Assembly: GCA_018062825.1 (NCBI GenBank)
Contig: JAGORL010000001.1
Span: forward strand, 247,074 to 311,073
Length of the DNA stretch: 64,000 nt
Source of the DNA: Patescibacteria group bacterium
Lineage (GTDB): Bacteria; Patescibacteriota; Patescibacteriia; UBA9934
Direction of reading: 5' to 3'
In this document: piece by piece, positions 1 to 9,278 of the stretch
Layout: each line of letters opens with the position of its first letter
Position numbering within the stretch: the first letter of the stretch is position 1
Translations under genes and position numbers: made by a program
The notes under the pieces: generated by a model
Told to the model about the DNA's origin: nothing
The model's database searches: none
The model's input: the letters and a program-made list of their open reading frames with translations, nothing else

Positions 1-204
1 GCTAGCCCGCTGCTTGTATTGTGGGAGAAGTGGGGAGGAGCACAGGTAAAGGATTCGAAATAAGAAGTAGAAAGGAGACGGTAGGAGTAAAGAGCACGCG
101 ACACTAGTGTCCGTGCTCTTTTGTTCGTGCGCCTGTGCTACTTCCGTCTTTTAACTTTAATCTCAGATGGACATCCCGGGGTTTCACCCCCACTTCCTAC
201 TGCT

Positions 205-219
205 TACTTCCTACTCCCT
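205..219 (+). repeat. CT-rich 15-mer TACTTCCTACTCCCT, copy 1
   Basis: Lies 18 nt upstream of the ATG of the membrane-protein gene at 238. Confidence 0.6.
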
Positions 220-237
220 GCTATACTTACACCAGCT

Positions 238-1761
238 ATGTTCGCCATTATCCTCAACCTTCCACCGGCAGTCCAAGATTTCCTTAACGTAACACCCGTT
301 GAGGATCTTGCTGCGTACGGTTTTCTAATTGCCGCACCATTTCCTATCCTCGGAATTCTTATCTGGGGCATGGTTCAACTCTGGCAAGACTTTAAGCAAG
401 ATAAGTGGACCGCGTCACTCAAGTGGATAACGCTTGATGTAAAAGTGCCAAGAGACACCGTGCAGACTCCAAAGGGTATGGAGAACTTTTTCTCTAACCT
501 GGCTGGTGTGAAAAGCGGACTCACCTGGCGTGAGCGCTGGTTAATAGGAAAAAAGCAGGCTTGGTTTTCTTTTGAACTCATTAGTCAGGGCGGCAAGATT
601 TCTTACCTGATTCGCACCCAAGAAAAGTACCGAGATATTATCGAGGCTGATCTGTACGCTCAGTATCCAGAAGCTCAGATTAGCGAGGTGCCGGATTACG
701 CGGATGAACTCCCTGTTGATTATCCAGATGAAGAATGGGATGTTTTCGGCGCTGAGATTTTGCTTTCAAAGCCAAATTATCTTCCTATTCGCACCTATGA
801 TGATTTTGAGCATCAAGGTGAGAAGGACAATCGTTTCAAAGATCCGATCTTGCCGCTTTTAGAGTTTTTTGGAAAATTGCGTCCAGATGAGCGACTATGG
901 ATTCAGATCATGATTCGTCCGCCAGAGAATAGCGATCACGTAAAAGCTGGCTTAAGTTTCCTCGCAAAGATCATGGGTAAGGAAGAGAAGAAGGCGCCAA
1001 AGGGCACTCTGGCTGAATTAGGTGACGCGCTTGCTGGTCTGCCAAAGGAACTGGTTACCCAAACGATCGGTATGGATTTTGGCGGCGGCGCTGCGGCTCC
1101 GATGGACAAGAAGGATGACTTCCGAGTGTTTAAGCTCACCCCAGCCGATAAGATTATTCTTGATTCGGTTGCTGAGAAGATTGCCAAGGTTGCCTGGGAG
1201 GTAAAGATCCGTTATGTGGCCGCTGGAAAAATGGGATCTTTCCGTAAGGGTCACTTTGCTTCCGGAATGAAGGGTATCCTGCAGCCATTTTCTAGTCAGT
1301 TATTAAATCAGTTAGGCATGCATGGCCCTTCGGTGCCAAACGATGACTACATCTGGTTAGCGTGGCAGATGCCGGGACGTCAGAAGAGATTGGTATCGCG
1401 CTTTAGGAATCGCATTTTTGATGCTGGCGCAACGCCAAGCATCATGAACTCTGAAGAGTTGGCAACCCTTTTCCACTTCCCAGCGTTTGATGCTCGTACG
1501 CCGTCACTGTATGGCGTTGGCGCACGTCGTGCTGAGGCTCCAGAGGAATTGTCATTTGCAGGTCCTGCTGCTCCAAGTACCCCTGGCTGGTCAGAGCTAT
1601 TCTCTGCTAATGTACTTCCAGACGATGAAGAAGCCGCAGGTGAGCCACAAGAAGAGCTACCAGCTCCAGAATTGCCTCGCCCTCACGCTCCAACTCGTCC
1701 CGGTGCGGCTCCAGTCCCAACTGCGGACAGCGCTGATACGCCTCCGAATCTGCCAGTCTAA
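238..1761 (+). CDS. hypothetical membrane protein with two N-terminal TM helices and a large hydrophilic domain; first gene of a pair with the T4CP-like ATPase
   Basis: ORF track 121..1761 starts at an alternative TTG; first ATG is at 238 (MFAIILNLPP...). Hydrophobic segments LTPAMFAIILNL and FLIAAPFPILGILIWGMV. No Shine-Dalgarno; a CT-rich leader precedes it. The stop lies 9 nt before the next gene. Confidence 0.5.
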   Translation: MFAIILNLPPAVQDFLNVTPVEDLAAYGFLIAAPFPILGILIWGMVQLWQDFKQDKWTASLKWITLDVKVPRDTVQTPKGMENFFSNLAGVKSGLTWRERWLIGKKQAWFSFELISQGGKISYLIRTQEKYRDIIEADLYAQYPEAQISEVPDYADELPVDYPDEEWDVFGAEILLSKPNYLPIRTYDDFEHQGEKDNRFKDPILPLLEFFGKLRPDERLWIQIMIRPPENSDHVKAGLSFLAKIMGKEEKKAPKGTLAELGDALAGLPKELVTQTIGMDFGGGAAAPMDKKDDFRVFKLTPADKIILDSVAEKIAKVAWEVKIRYVAAGKMGSFRKGHFASGMKGILQPFSSQLLNQLGMHGPSVPNDDYIWLAWQMPGRQKRLVSRFRNRIFDAGATPSIMNSEELATLFHFPAFDARTPSLYGVGARRAEAPEELSFAGPAAPSTPGWSELFSANVLPDDEEAAGEPQEELPAPELPRPHAPTRPGAAPVPTADSADTPPNLPV

Positions 1762-1770
1762 ACGTATCGT

Positions 1771-3657
1771 ATGAGTGAACAGCGTCCCCGTCTCGACCAC
1801 GAAAACATGATCGTCTACTTCGGCCAAACAAATTTCCGCAATGAAATGCGGAAATTTGGTATTAAGACCGATGATCGTCGTCGGCACGTCTATGTGATCG
1901 GTAAGACGGGTATGGGTAAAACCACGCTCCTTGAAAACATGATCTTAGCGGATATTTACGCTGGGCATGGTTGCTGCTACGTAGACCCGCACGGCGATAC
2001 CGCTGAGAAGCTTTTAGACTACATTCCGGCATGGCGTATTAATGACGTCGTGTACTTCAATCCATCAGACGCGGAACACCCGATCGGTTTCAATATTTTA
2101 GAGGCGATCGATCCGACCATGAAGAACCTGGTGGCGAGCGCCCTCATGTCGGTTTTTAAAAAGATCTGGGAGAACGTGTGGAGTGCACGCATGGAGTACA
2201 TCTTGAACAACACCATCTTGGCGCTTTTGGATACTCCGGGAACCACCATGCTTGGTGTAAACCGCATGTTGTCAGATAAGGATTATCGTTTAGAGATCGT
2301 TAAAAACATCAAAGATCCAATCGTGAAGCAGTTCTGGGTCCAAGAGTTTGCGGCTTATGATGCAAAGTTCGCCACTGAAGCAGTAGCGCCGATTCAAAAC
2401 AAGATTGGTCAGTTTATTTCGTCCGAGGTGATTCGTAACATTGTTGCGCAGGCAAACTCTTCCATCAATCTTCGGGAGATCATGGATAAAGGCAAGATTT
2501 TCATCATCAACCTTTCAAAAGGTCGTGTTGGTGAAGATGCCATGCGTCTTTTGGGCGGCATGCTCATCACTAAAATGCAGGTTGCGGCCATGGAGCGCGT
2601 GAACATGCCAGAAAAAGAGCGTCGCGATTTTTACCTCTACGTGGACGAGTTTCAGAACTTCGCCGTTGATTCCTTTGCGAGCATTCTTTCCGAGGCGCGT
2701 AAGTATCGTTTGAGTTTAATCATGGCGCACCAGTACATTACGCAGCTCTCTGAGCCGGTACGTGATGCAGTTTTCGGTAACGTTGGTACGATTATTTCGT
2801 TCCGTGTTGGCAGTATGGATGCCGAATTCCTTGAAACGGAATTTGCTCCACGCTTTACCGCAAACGACATTCTTAACCTGCCAAAATACGCCATCTACCT
2901 CAAGTTGATGATCGATGGCGTAGCAAGTCAGCCATTTTCGGCCGCCACGTTGCCACCGATTGCTCAGCGCACTGGTTCCATGGAGAAGGTTGTTCAGCAG
3001 TCGCGTGAGCGTTACGGCGGCAACCGTCAGCAGATTCAGGATAAAGTGGCCGTTTGGAGCGGTTTCGGACCAGATACAGACGTTGATGAAAAGATGGCCG
3101 AAGTATCAAAAGCTAAAAAAGATGCCAAGAAAGAGCGTTACATGCACGAGTATACGTGCTCACGTTGCGGTACGGTCTTTAAGTTGCCAATCGAACTTGA
3201 TCGCTCTCGCCCAATCTACTGTGAAGCCTGTAAGCCGATCATTGACTCTGAGCGGCAGAAGCGTGGCGGAAAGCCAAGCGGTGGAGCTAAGGGCCCATCC
3301 TCTAGTGGTGGCTCAAGGCAAGGTGGCGGCGGTGATCGTGCACGAGATCGTCAATCACAGCCAGTTGTCGCACGCCCGCCTTCGGTGCGTGATGGGGAGA
3401 TTATTACAAAGCCTGCGGTTGAAAAGAGTGCATCACTTGCGGATCTTGGCGGCGGTAAGATGCCAGTAAAGGAAGCGCCAAAGCCACAACCGCCAAAAGA
3501 TGAGAGAGCACCCCAAGCACAGGAACAAAGGGCGCCAAAAGAAACGCCATCGGTACAGCCAAAGAAGGAAGAGTTAAAGGCTGACGTTGCTCAGTCTCCA
3601 GCGCTTACTTCAAGTGCTAAGGTTGCCGTCTTACCAAACGAGCGCATCACGTTCTAG
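1771..3657 (+). CDS. TrwB/VirD4/TraD-type (type IV coupling protein-like) P-loop ATPase lacking an N-terminal membrane anchor, with a C-terminal CxxC...CxxC zinc ribbon and a low-complexity K/P/Q-rich tail
   Basis: Walker A VIGKTGMGKTT is followed by CYVDPHGD, which resembles the TrwB IVDPNGD motif. Walker B is FYLYVDEFQNF. C-terminus has CSRCGTVFKLPIELDRSRPIYCEAC followed by a G/S/P/K-rich tail. Confidence 0.65.
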   Translation: MSEQRPRLDHENMIVYFGQTNFRNEMRKFGIKTDDRRRHVYVIGKTGMGKTTLLENMILADIYAGHGCCYVDPHGDTAEKLLDYIPAWRINDVVYFNPSDAEHPIGFNILEAIDPTMKNLVASALMSVFKKIWENVWSARMEYILNNTILALLDTPGTTMLGVNRMLSDKDYRLEIVKNIKDPIVKQFWVQEFAAYDAKFATEAVAPIQNKIGQFISSEVIRNIVAQANSSINLREIMDKGKIFIINLSKGRVGEDAMRLLGGMLITKMQVAAMERVNMPEKERRDFYLYVDEFQNFAVDSFASILSEARKYRLSLIMAHQYITQLSEPVRDAVFGNVGTIISFRVGSMDAEFLETEFAPRFTANDILNLPKYAIYLKLMIDGVASQPFSAATLPPIAQRTGSMEKVVQQSRERYGGNRQQIQDKVAVWSGFGPDTDVDEKMAEVSKAKKDAKKERYMHEYTCSRCGTVFKLPIELDRSRPIYCEACKPIIDSERQKRGGKPSGGAKGPSSSGGSRQGGGGDRARDRQSQPVVARPPSVRDGEIITKPAVEKSASLADLGGGKMPVKEAPKPQPPKDERAPQAQEQRAPKETPSVQPKKEELKADVAQSPALTSSAKVAVLPNERITF

Positions 3658-3659
3658 GT

Positions 3660-4445
3660 ATGACTATCCTGCAGGCGGTGATTCTTGGGGTAGTGCAGGG
3701 GGTTACTGAGTTTCTCCCTGTCTCAAGCTCGGGGCACTTGCTGATTGTGCCGGCGCTTTTAGGCTGGCCAGAGCAAGCTATCGCCTTTGATGTGGCGGTA
3801 CATGTCGCCACACTCGTTGCTGTTGTAGTAGCGCTACGAGAAGAGATTTGGCAAGTAGGTTCGCAAGCAGTGAAGAGCTCGGGACCAGAGCGGAGTTTAG
3901 TGGTTAAAATAATCATCGCTACCATTCCGGCGGCTCTCGTTGCCTTTGCCTTCGGCGATTGGCTCGATCTTGCTCGTACGCCGCTTGTTGTTGGTGGAGC
4001 CTTGATCTTCTGGGGCGTACTTCTTGGCGTTATGGATTATTTTGCCAAAGGCCGCAAGCCAACACTCATCGCCGCTACGTCGTGGCGTGATGCGTTACTA
4101 CTCGGAGCCGCGCAGGCGCTTGCACTGATTCCGGGAACTTCGCGCTCAGGCGTTACGGTCACAACCGGTTTGGCGCTTGGACTTTCAAGAGAGACTGCCG
4201 CGCGTTTTTCATTCCTACTTGCCATTCCGGCAATTGCTGGCGCTGGTCTGCTGACCACGATCGACTCCATACAAAACGGACTCGATGTTGAAATACTACC
4301 TTTGATCGTGGGTTTCTTTAGCTCCATGTTCTCGGGACTCCTCGCGATTCGTCTGTTTCTGTATGTCGCAAAGCACGCCTCGCTCATGAGTTTTGCTGTA
4401 TACCGTGTACTTGTTGGAATTCTTATCCTTTGGTGGTTCATGTAA
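3660..4445 (+). CDS. uppP: undecaprenyl-diphosphate phosphatase
   Basis: VTEFLPVSSSGHL signature; multi-TM protein of about 260 aa. Confidence 0.9.
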   Translation: MTILQAVILGVVQGVTEFLPVSSSGHLLIVPALLGWPEQAIAFDVAVHVATLVAVVVALREEIWQVGSQAVKSSGPERSLVVKIIIATIPAALVAFAFGDWLDLARTPLVVGGALIFWGVLLGVMDYFAKGRKPTLIAATSWRDALLLGAAQALALIPGTSRSGVTVTTGLALGLSRETAARFSFLLAIPAIAGAGLLTTIDSIQNGLDVEILPLIVGFFSSMFSGLLAIRLFLYVAKHASLMSFAVYRVLVGILILWWFM

Positions 4446-4450
4446 TTTGT

Positions 4451-5299
4451 ATGTTGACTCGCGAAATAGCTCCCTGGGTAGATTACGCTTTGCTTGATTC
4501 TGGTAACGGCGAGAAGCTCGAGCGTTTTGGTGATGTCATTATGATTCGCCCCGATCCACAGGCTATGTGGCCACGTGAAGGGCGGAAAGAATGGGAGAGC
4601 GCCCATTTAACATACAAGCGCCAAGGTCGAGAAGGTGAGTGGGTGATTAAGCACGAGGTCCCGGCTATGTGGACGATCGGTTGGGAGGATTTAGTGTTCC
4701 GCATTCGCCCAACGTCCTTTAAGCACACTGGTCTATTTCCTGAGCAAGCAAGTAACTGGCAGTGGCTACGCAAGCACCTGAAGCCAGGTATGCGCGTTTT
4801 AAACCTGTTTGGATACACCGGCGGCGCCTCGGTAGCGGCAGCTAGCGTTGACTGCGATGTCACGCACGTTGATGCGAGTAAGCCGGTAGTTACTTGGGGT
4901 CGTGAGAATTTAGAAGCCTCAAGTCTACAAGAGAAGAAAGTGCGCTGGATCGTTGATGATGCGCAGAAGTTTGTGGCCCGTGAAATCCGTCGTGAAAGTA
5001 AGTACGATGTTATTTTGATGGATCCGCCAGCTTTTGGTCGTGGGCCAGAGGGTGAGGTGTGGCAATTTGAGGATCATCTTGCTGCGCTCCTTGCCGGCTG
5101 TCGTCAGCTTTTGAAGGAAGAGTCAGGAATACTCCTCGTGAACGCCTACTCACTCGGTTTTCCAGCGCTCGCAGTTGAGAACATTGTGAAAACAACCGTG
5201 CCGCAAGCTACCATTGAGAGCGCCGAGCTCACGCTTGAGGAACAAACAAAGCGTAAATTCCTGCTCCCTACGGGTGTTGTAGTGCGCGCTACTTGGTAA
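4451..5299 (+). CDS. class I SAM-dependent RNA methyltransferase (RlmI/YccW-like catalytic domain)
   Basis: SAM-binding motif VLNLFGYTGGASVAAA and a DPPAF motif. ORF track starts at 4430 and overlaps uppP; ATG at 4451 chosen. Confidence 0.65.
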   Translation: MLTREIAPWVDYALLDSGNGEKLERFGDVIMIRPDPQAMWPREGRKEWESAHLTYKRQGREGEWVIKHEVPAMWTIGWEDLVFRIRPTSFKHTGLFPEQASNWQWLRKHLKPGMRVLNLFGYTGGASVAAASVDCDVTHVDASKPVVTWGRENLEASSLQEKKVRWIVDDAQKFVAREIRRESKYDVILMDPPAFGRGPEGEVWQFEDHLAALLAGCRQLLKEESGILLVNAYSLGFPALAVENIVKTTVPQATIESAELTLEEQTKRKFLLPTGVVVRATW

Positions 5300-5301
5300 G
5301 C

Positions 5302-5979
5302 ATGCGCATTCTTTTTGAAGACAATCATCTGATTGCCGTAAATAAACCGTACGGCATGCCAACCCAAGGCGACTCATCGCAAGATCGCGATCTTTTGAAT
5401 TGGATAAAGGATGACATCAAGGTGCGTCACAATAAACCAGGCAATGTTTTCGTCGGTCTTCTTCATCGTTTGGATCGTCCGGTTGGAGGTGTAGTGCTCT
5501 TTGCAAAAACCAGTAAGGCCGCTAGCCGGCTATCCGATCAAATTCGTCGCCACACTGTTGAGAAGGTGTATTGGGCGGTGGTTGAGGGTGAGCCAAAGCA
5601 GCCAAAGGGAAGTGTGGTGCAGTGGCTTGTGAAAGATGAGGCAAAGAATATCGTTACCGCTTTTGACAATGAGGTACCAGGGTCGCTCAAGGCAGAGTTG
5701 ACCTACACGGTTTTGCAAACAAAAGATCAACTATCACTTGTTGAAGTGTATCCAAAAACTGGCCGACCGCATCAGATCAGGGTGGCCATGAAGTCACTCG
5801 GTACGCCGATTGCGGGAGATGCTAAATACGGCGCATCACTCAAGCTCCTTGCCGATGACGGCGGCCCAGCGATCGCTCTTTTTGCGCGTTCATTCGGTTT
5901 TGAGCACCCCATAACAAAAACTCGGCAGACCGTGGTCGCCGAGCCTTCGCTACCAATATTTTCTGAGGTAAAGGGTTGA
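5302..5979 (+). CDS. RluA-family pseudouridine synthase
   Basis: HRLDRPVGGVVLFAKT catalytic motif. ORF track uses TTG at 5293; ATG at 5302 lies directly after the previous stop. Confidence 0.85.
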   Translation: MRILFEDNHLIAVNKPYGMPTQGDSSQDRDLLNWIKDDIKVRHNKPGNVFVGLLHRLDRPVGGVVLFAKTSKAASRLSDQIRRHTVEKVYWAVVEGEPKQPKGSVVQWLVKDEAKNIVTAFDNEVPGSLKAELTYTVLQTKDQLSLVEVYPKTGRPHQIRVAMKSLGTPIAGDAKYGASLKLLADDGGPAIALFARSFGFEHPITKTRQTVVAEPSLPIFSEVKG

Positions 5980-6004
5980 TTTTTTAATGATAAACACCTA
6001 CAAT
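5976..6004 (+). promoter_or_regulatory. candidate sigma70 promoter TTGATT-17-TACAAT for mnmA; transcript would be nearly leaderless
   Basis: The -35 overlaps the rluA-like stop and the -10 ends 9 nt before the mnmA ATG. Confidence 0.3.
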
Positions 6005-6012
6005 ACGCGGTT

Positions 6013-7122
6013 ATGAACAAACCCCGCGTTTTACTTGGCATGAGCGGCGGCGTCGACAGTAGTGTGTCGGCGGTTTTGTTGTTGCAGGCGGGGTATGAAG
6101 TAATCGGTGGCTTCATGAAGAATTGGAGCGACGGCAGCGATGGCCCGGAGTGTTCTTGGCGCACTGAGCGCCGTGACGCCATGCGCGTTGCTGATCAGCT
6201 CGGTATCCCATTTCACACCTTTGACTTTGAGGCTGAGTACCGCAAGCGCGTCTACGAGTACATGATCGCTGAATACAAAGCCGGTCGTACGCCAAACCCT
6301 GATGTACTGTGTAATAAGTACATGAAGTTTGATCTCTTCATGAATGAGGCGCAGAACCTTGGTTGTGATTTTGTAGCAACCGGTCATTACGCTCGTAAGC
6401 TCGTGGATGAGCAAGGGGTTGCGCATCTTTTAGCTGGCGTCGATCAAAATAAAGATCAAACCTACTTTTTGTGTCAGTTAAATCAAGAGCAGATTCGTCG
6501 TTCGCTGTTTCCGATTGGTGACTTAGAAAAAGCAAAAGTGCGCGAAATCGCGCGCGAGGCAAATCTTGTCGTAGCGGATAAGAAGGATAGTCAGGGTATT
6601 TGTTTCGTTGGCAAAGTTGAGATGCAAGATTTTCTTGAGGCACGCATTGCGCCGCATGATGGCAATATCATAACGACGGATGGCAAAGTGCTCGGTCAGC
6701 ACCGCGGTTTTGAGTTTTACACGATCGGCCAGCGTGAAGGTTTAGGCATTGGTGGCGGAACACCGCTTTATGTTGTTGATCGCAAGCCAGAGACAAACGA
6801 GGTGGTAGTGGCGCTTGGCGATGAAGATCCAGCTCTCTACAAGTCAGAACTCACCGCTACTAACCTCACAGAAACCATCCCAGGCAATTTTACCAAGTAC
6901 GCCGATCAAAAAATCACGGCCCGTGTTCGTTACCGCCAACCCCTCGCCGTCTGTTCTTACATTCTACTTTTCAGCCCCAACGAAGTCCGTCAGGACGAAG
7001 TGGGCCCTACTTCCTACTCCCTCCACGTCACCTTCACCACCCCCCAGCGTGCCGTTGCTCCTGGTCAATTCATTGCCTTTTACGTCGGTGACGAGCTGAT
7101 CGGTTCAGGGGTAATTGGGTAA
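6013..7122 (+). CDS. mnmA: tRNA-specific 2-thiouridylase
   Basis: N-terminal PP-loop SGGVDSSV; conserved C-terminal PGQ..FY.GD..IG.G.I. Confidence 0.92.
   Translation: MNKPRVLLGMSGGVDSSVSAVLLLQAGYEVIGGFMKNWSDGSDGPECSWRTERRDAMRVADQLGIPFHTFDFEAEYRKRVYEYMIAEYKAGRTPNPDVLCNKYMKFDLFMNEAQNLGCDFVATGHYARKLVDEQGVAHLLAGVDQNKDQTYFLCQLNQEQIRRSLFPIGDLEKAKVREIAREANLVVADKKDSQGICFVGKVEMQDFLEARIAPHDGNIITTDGKVLGQHRGFEFYTIGQREGLGIGGGTPLYVVDRKPETNEVVVALGDEDPALYKSELTATNLTETIPGNFTKYADQKITARVRYRQPLAVCSYILLFSPNEVRQDEVGPTSYSLHVTFTTPQRAVAPGQFIAFYVGDELIGSGVIG
7008..7022 (+). repeat. CT-rich 15-mer TACTTCCTACTCCCT, copy 2 (inside the mnmA coding sequence)
   Basis: Exact match to copy 1; sits within a pyrimidine-rich stretch. 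Confidence 0.6.
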
Positions 7123-7164
7123 TATAGACGAGGCGAAGTTTTTTCGTTAAAGTAGGTGCGATTT

Positions 7165-8967
7165 ATGGTCCCCCAAGAGCGCATTCGTAACTTCTGCATT
7201 ATTGCCCACATCGATCACGGAAAATCCACGCTTTCCGATCGTCTTTTGGAGTTAACAAAAACCGTGGAAAGCCGCCAAATGAAGGATCAGCTCCTTGATT
7301 CCATGGACATTGAGCGTGAGCGCGGTATTACTATCAAGCTCGCCCCGGCGCGCATGAAATGGACCAAAGATGGCACGGAGTACACCCTGAACTTAATCGA
7401 CACTCCAGGGCACATTGACTTCAACTACGAAGTATCGCGTTCCCTCGCCGCTGTTGATGGCGCTGTTTTACTTGTCGACTCAACCCAAGGCGTGCAGGCG
7501 CAAACCGTCGCTAACCTCTATTTAGCAATGGAGGAGAATTTGGAGATCATCCCGGTCTTAAACAAAATCGATCTTCCCGCTGCTGATGTGCCACGCCGCA
7601 AGGCCGAGCTCATGAAGCTCATTGGTTGCAAGGAGGAAGACATCTTGGCGGTCTCAGGAAAAACCGGTGAGGGCGTGCCGGCGCTTCTTGATCGCGTTAT
7701 TGAGCGTGTGCCGCCACCAGTTGGTGAATCAACCGGCGCTCCGCGCGCTGTTATTTTTGATTCCGCCTACGATGATTACAAGGGCGTTGTGGCCTACGTG
7801 CGCGTGATTGACGGCAAGTTCAACAAGCGTGACAAGATTCGCATGGTCGCAACAGATGCTGAGGGCGAAATCTTAGAGCTCGGCGCTTTGAAGCCAAAGT
7901 TTTCTCCGCTTGAATATTTAGAAACCGGTCAGATCGGTTACATTGTTACTGGCTTGAAAGACATTCGCGCCTGTCGCGTGGGTGACACCATTACGGTGGA
8001 CGGCAACGTTGTGCAGCCGCTTGAGGGCTACCGTGAAGTTCGCCCGATGGTCTTTGCTGGCGTCTTCCCGGCGTCTGGTGATGAATACCCAGAACTTCGT
8101 GAAGCGATGGATCGTTTGAAGTTGAATGATGCTGCGCTTGTCTATGAGCCAGAGCATTCGCCAGCGCTTGGCTATGGTTTCCGCTGTGGATTCTTGGGCA
8201 TGCTGCACCTTGAAATTCTCAAGGAGCGCTTGAACCGTGAATACAATCTTGATCTTGTGGTAACACTACCATCGGTTGCCTACCGCGTATTCATGAATAA
8301 CAAGCCAGGAGAGCATCACGTGATTAAGGGCGCGCTTGATTTGCCAGATCCTGGCCTTACTGAGCACGTTGAAGAGCCTTGGGCAAAGGTGGATATTATT
8401 ACGCCAGCTGATTACATTGGTAACGTCATGTCACTATGTCAGGAGCGCCGCGGTGTGTACTTAAATACTGAGTATCTCTCAGAGGGTCGCGCCATGCTCC
8501 ACTACGAGATTCCACTCTCAGCCATCATCGTTGACTTCAATGATCGCCTTAAGGGCGCAACAGCTGGTTATGCCTCGCTGACATACGATGTATTTACGTA
8601 TCGTGAAGCTGATATCGTAAAGCTTGATATCGCTGTTGCTGACGATCGAGTAGATGCCTTTGCAAGTTTGGTCTACCGAGAAGATGCCGAGCGCATCGGC
8701 CGACGTGTACTCGAGATTTTGCAAGAGAGCATTCCGCGTACGCAATTCGTTATTAAACTCCAGGCGTCAGTTGGTGGTAAAGTAGTAGCAGGTGAGCGTA
8801 TTAGTGCGTTACGCAAAGATGTAACTGCTGGCCTGTACGGTGGTGATGCTACGCGTAAGCTCAAGCTTCTTGAAAAGCAGAAGAAAGGAAAGAAGAAGAT
8901 GATGAGCATGGGTGTTGGTAAGGTGGATATTCCAGGTGAAGCCTACTTAAAAGTATTGAAGAGATAG
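7165..8967 (+). CDS. lepA: elongation factor 4 (translational GTPase LepA)
   Basis: IRNFCIIAHIDHGKSTLSDRLL and DTPGH motifs. ATG at 7165 has AGGTG 6 nt upstream; ORF track GTG at 7156 lies inside that SD. Confidence 0.95.
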   Translation: MVPQERIRNFCIIAHIDHGKSTLSDRLLELTKTVESRQMKDQLLDSMDIERERGITIKLAPARMKWTKDGTEYTLNLIDTPGHIDFNYEVSRSLAAVDGAVLLVDSTQGVQAQTVANLYLAMEENLEIIPVLNKIDLPAADVPRRKAELMKLIGCKEEDILAVSGKTGEGVPALLDRVIERVPPPVGESTGAPRAVIFDSAYDDYKGVVAYVRVIDGKFNKRDKIRMVATDAEGEILELGALKPKFSPLEYLETGQIGYIVTGLKDIRACRVGDTITVDGNVVQPLEGYREVRPMVFAGVFPASGDEYPELREAMDRLKLNDAALVYEPEHSPALGYGFRCGFLGMLHLEILKERLNREYNLDLVVTLPSVAYRVFMNNKPGEHHVIKGALDLPDPGLTEHVEEPWAKVDIITPADYIGNVMSLCQERRGVYLNTEYLSEGRAMLHYEIPLSAIIVDFNDRLKGATAGYASLTYDVFTYREADIVKLDIAVADDRVDAFASLVYREDAERIGRRVLEILQESIPRTQFVIKLQASVGGKVVAGERISALRKDVTAGLYGGDATRKLKLLEKQKKGKKKMMSMGVGKVDIPGEAYLKVLKR

Positions 8968-8968
8968 T

Positions 8969-9070
8969 ATGAACGTGCACGAAAAGCGTCGGAAGCGACT
9001 CATGGCAATTCTCGCCAGCCTCATCTTGACCTCCATGATCATCTCCATGTTTGCGTATTCATCGTTCTAA
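8969..9070 (+). CDS. possible 33-aa hydrophobic micro-protein (MNVHEKRRKRLMAILASLILTSMIISMFAYSSF)
   Basis: ATG lies 1 nt after the lepA stop. Basic N-terminus followed by a single TM-like segment. Not in the ORF track; weak support. Confidence 0.2.
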   Translation: MNVHEKRRKRLMAILASLILTSMIISMFAYSSF

Positions 9071-9097
9071 GAAGTGAGGGGCAAATACATTATGTTG

Positions 9098-9137
9098 AAA
9101 ACACTCAGGCGCCAAAAAATGGCCCTGAGTGTTTTTT
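9098..9137 (+). terminator. rho-independent terminator after lepA
   Basis: AAAACACTCAGG...CCTGAGTGTTTT 12-bp stem followed by a T-tract. Confidence 0.7.
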
Positions 9138-9278
9138 CTACGATAAAAATCATCCCCAGCAGCTCCTAACAAAATACCACTCACTTTTGTATGCTTCTTG
9201 TGGTGGGGCAAGGCGACTTGGTGCATAGCGTATTTCTAAGATAATCGTAGGAATACGTTAAATACTAAGGCGATTTCT

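Noticed and set aside
2960-3469. 169-aa ORF in another frame inside the T4CP-like ATPase gene, and many other 60-130-aa antisense or overlapping ORFs in the track
   Set aside because: They are fully embedded in well-supported genes, show no motifs, and have no independent start signals.
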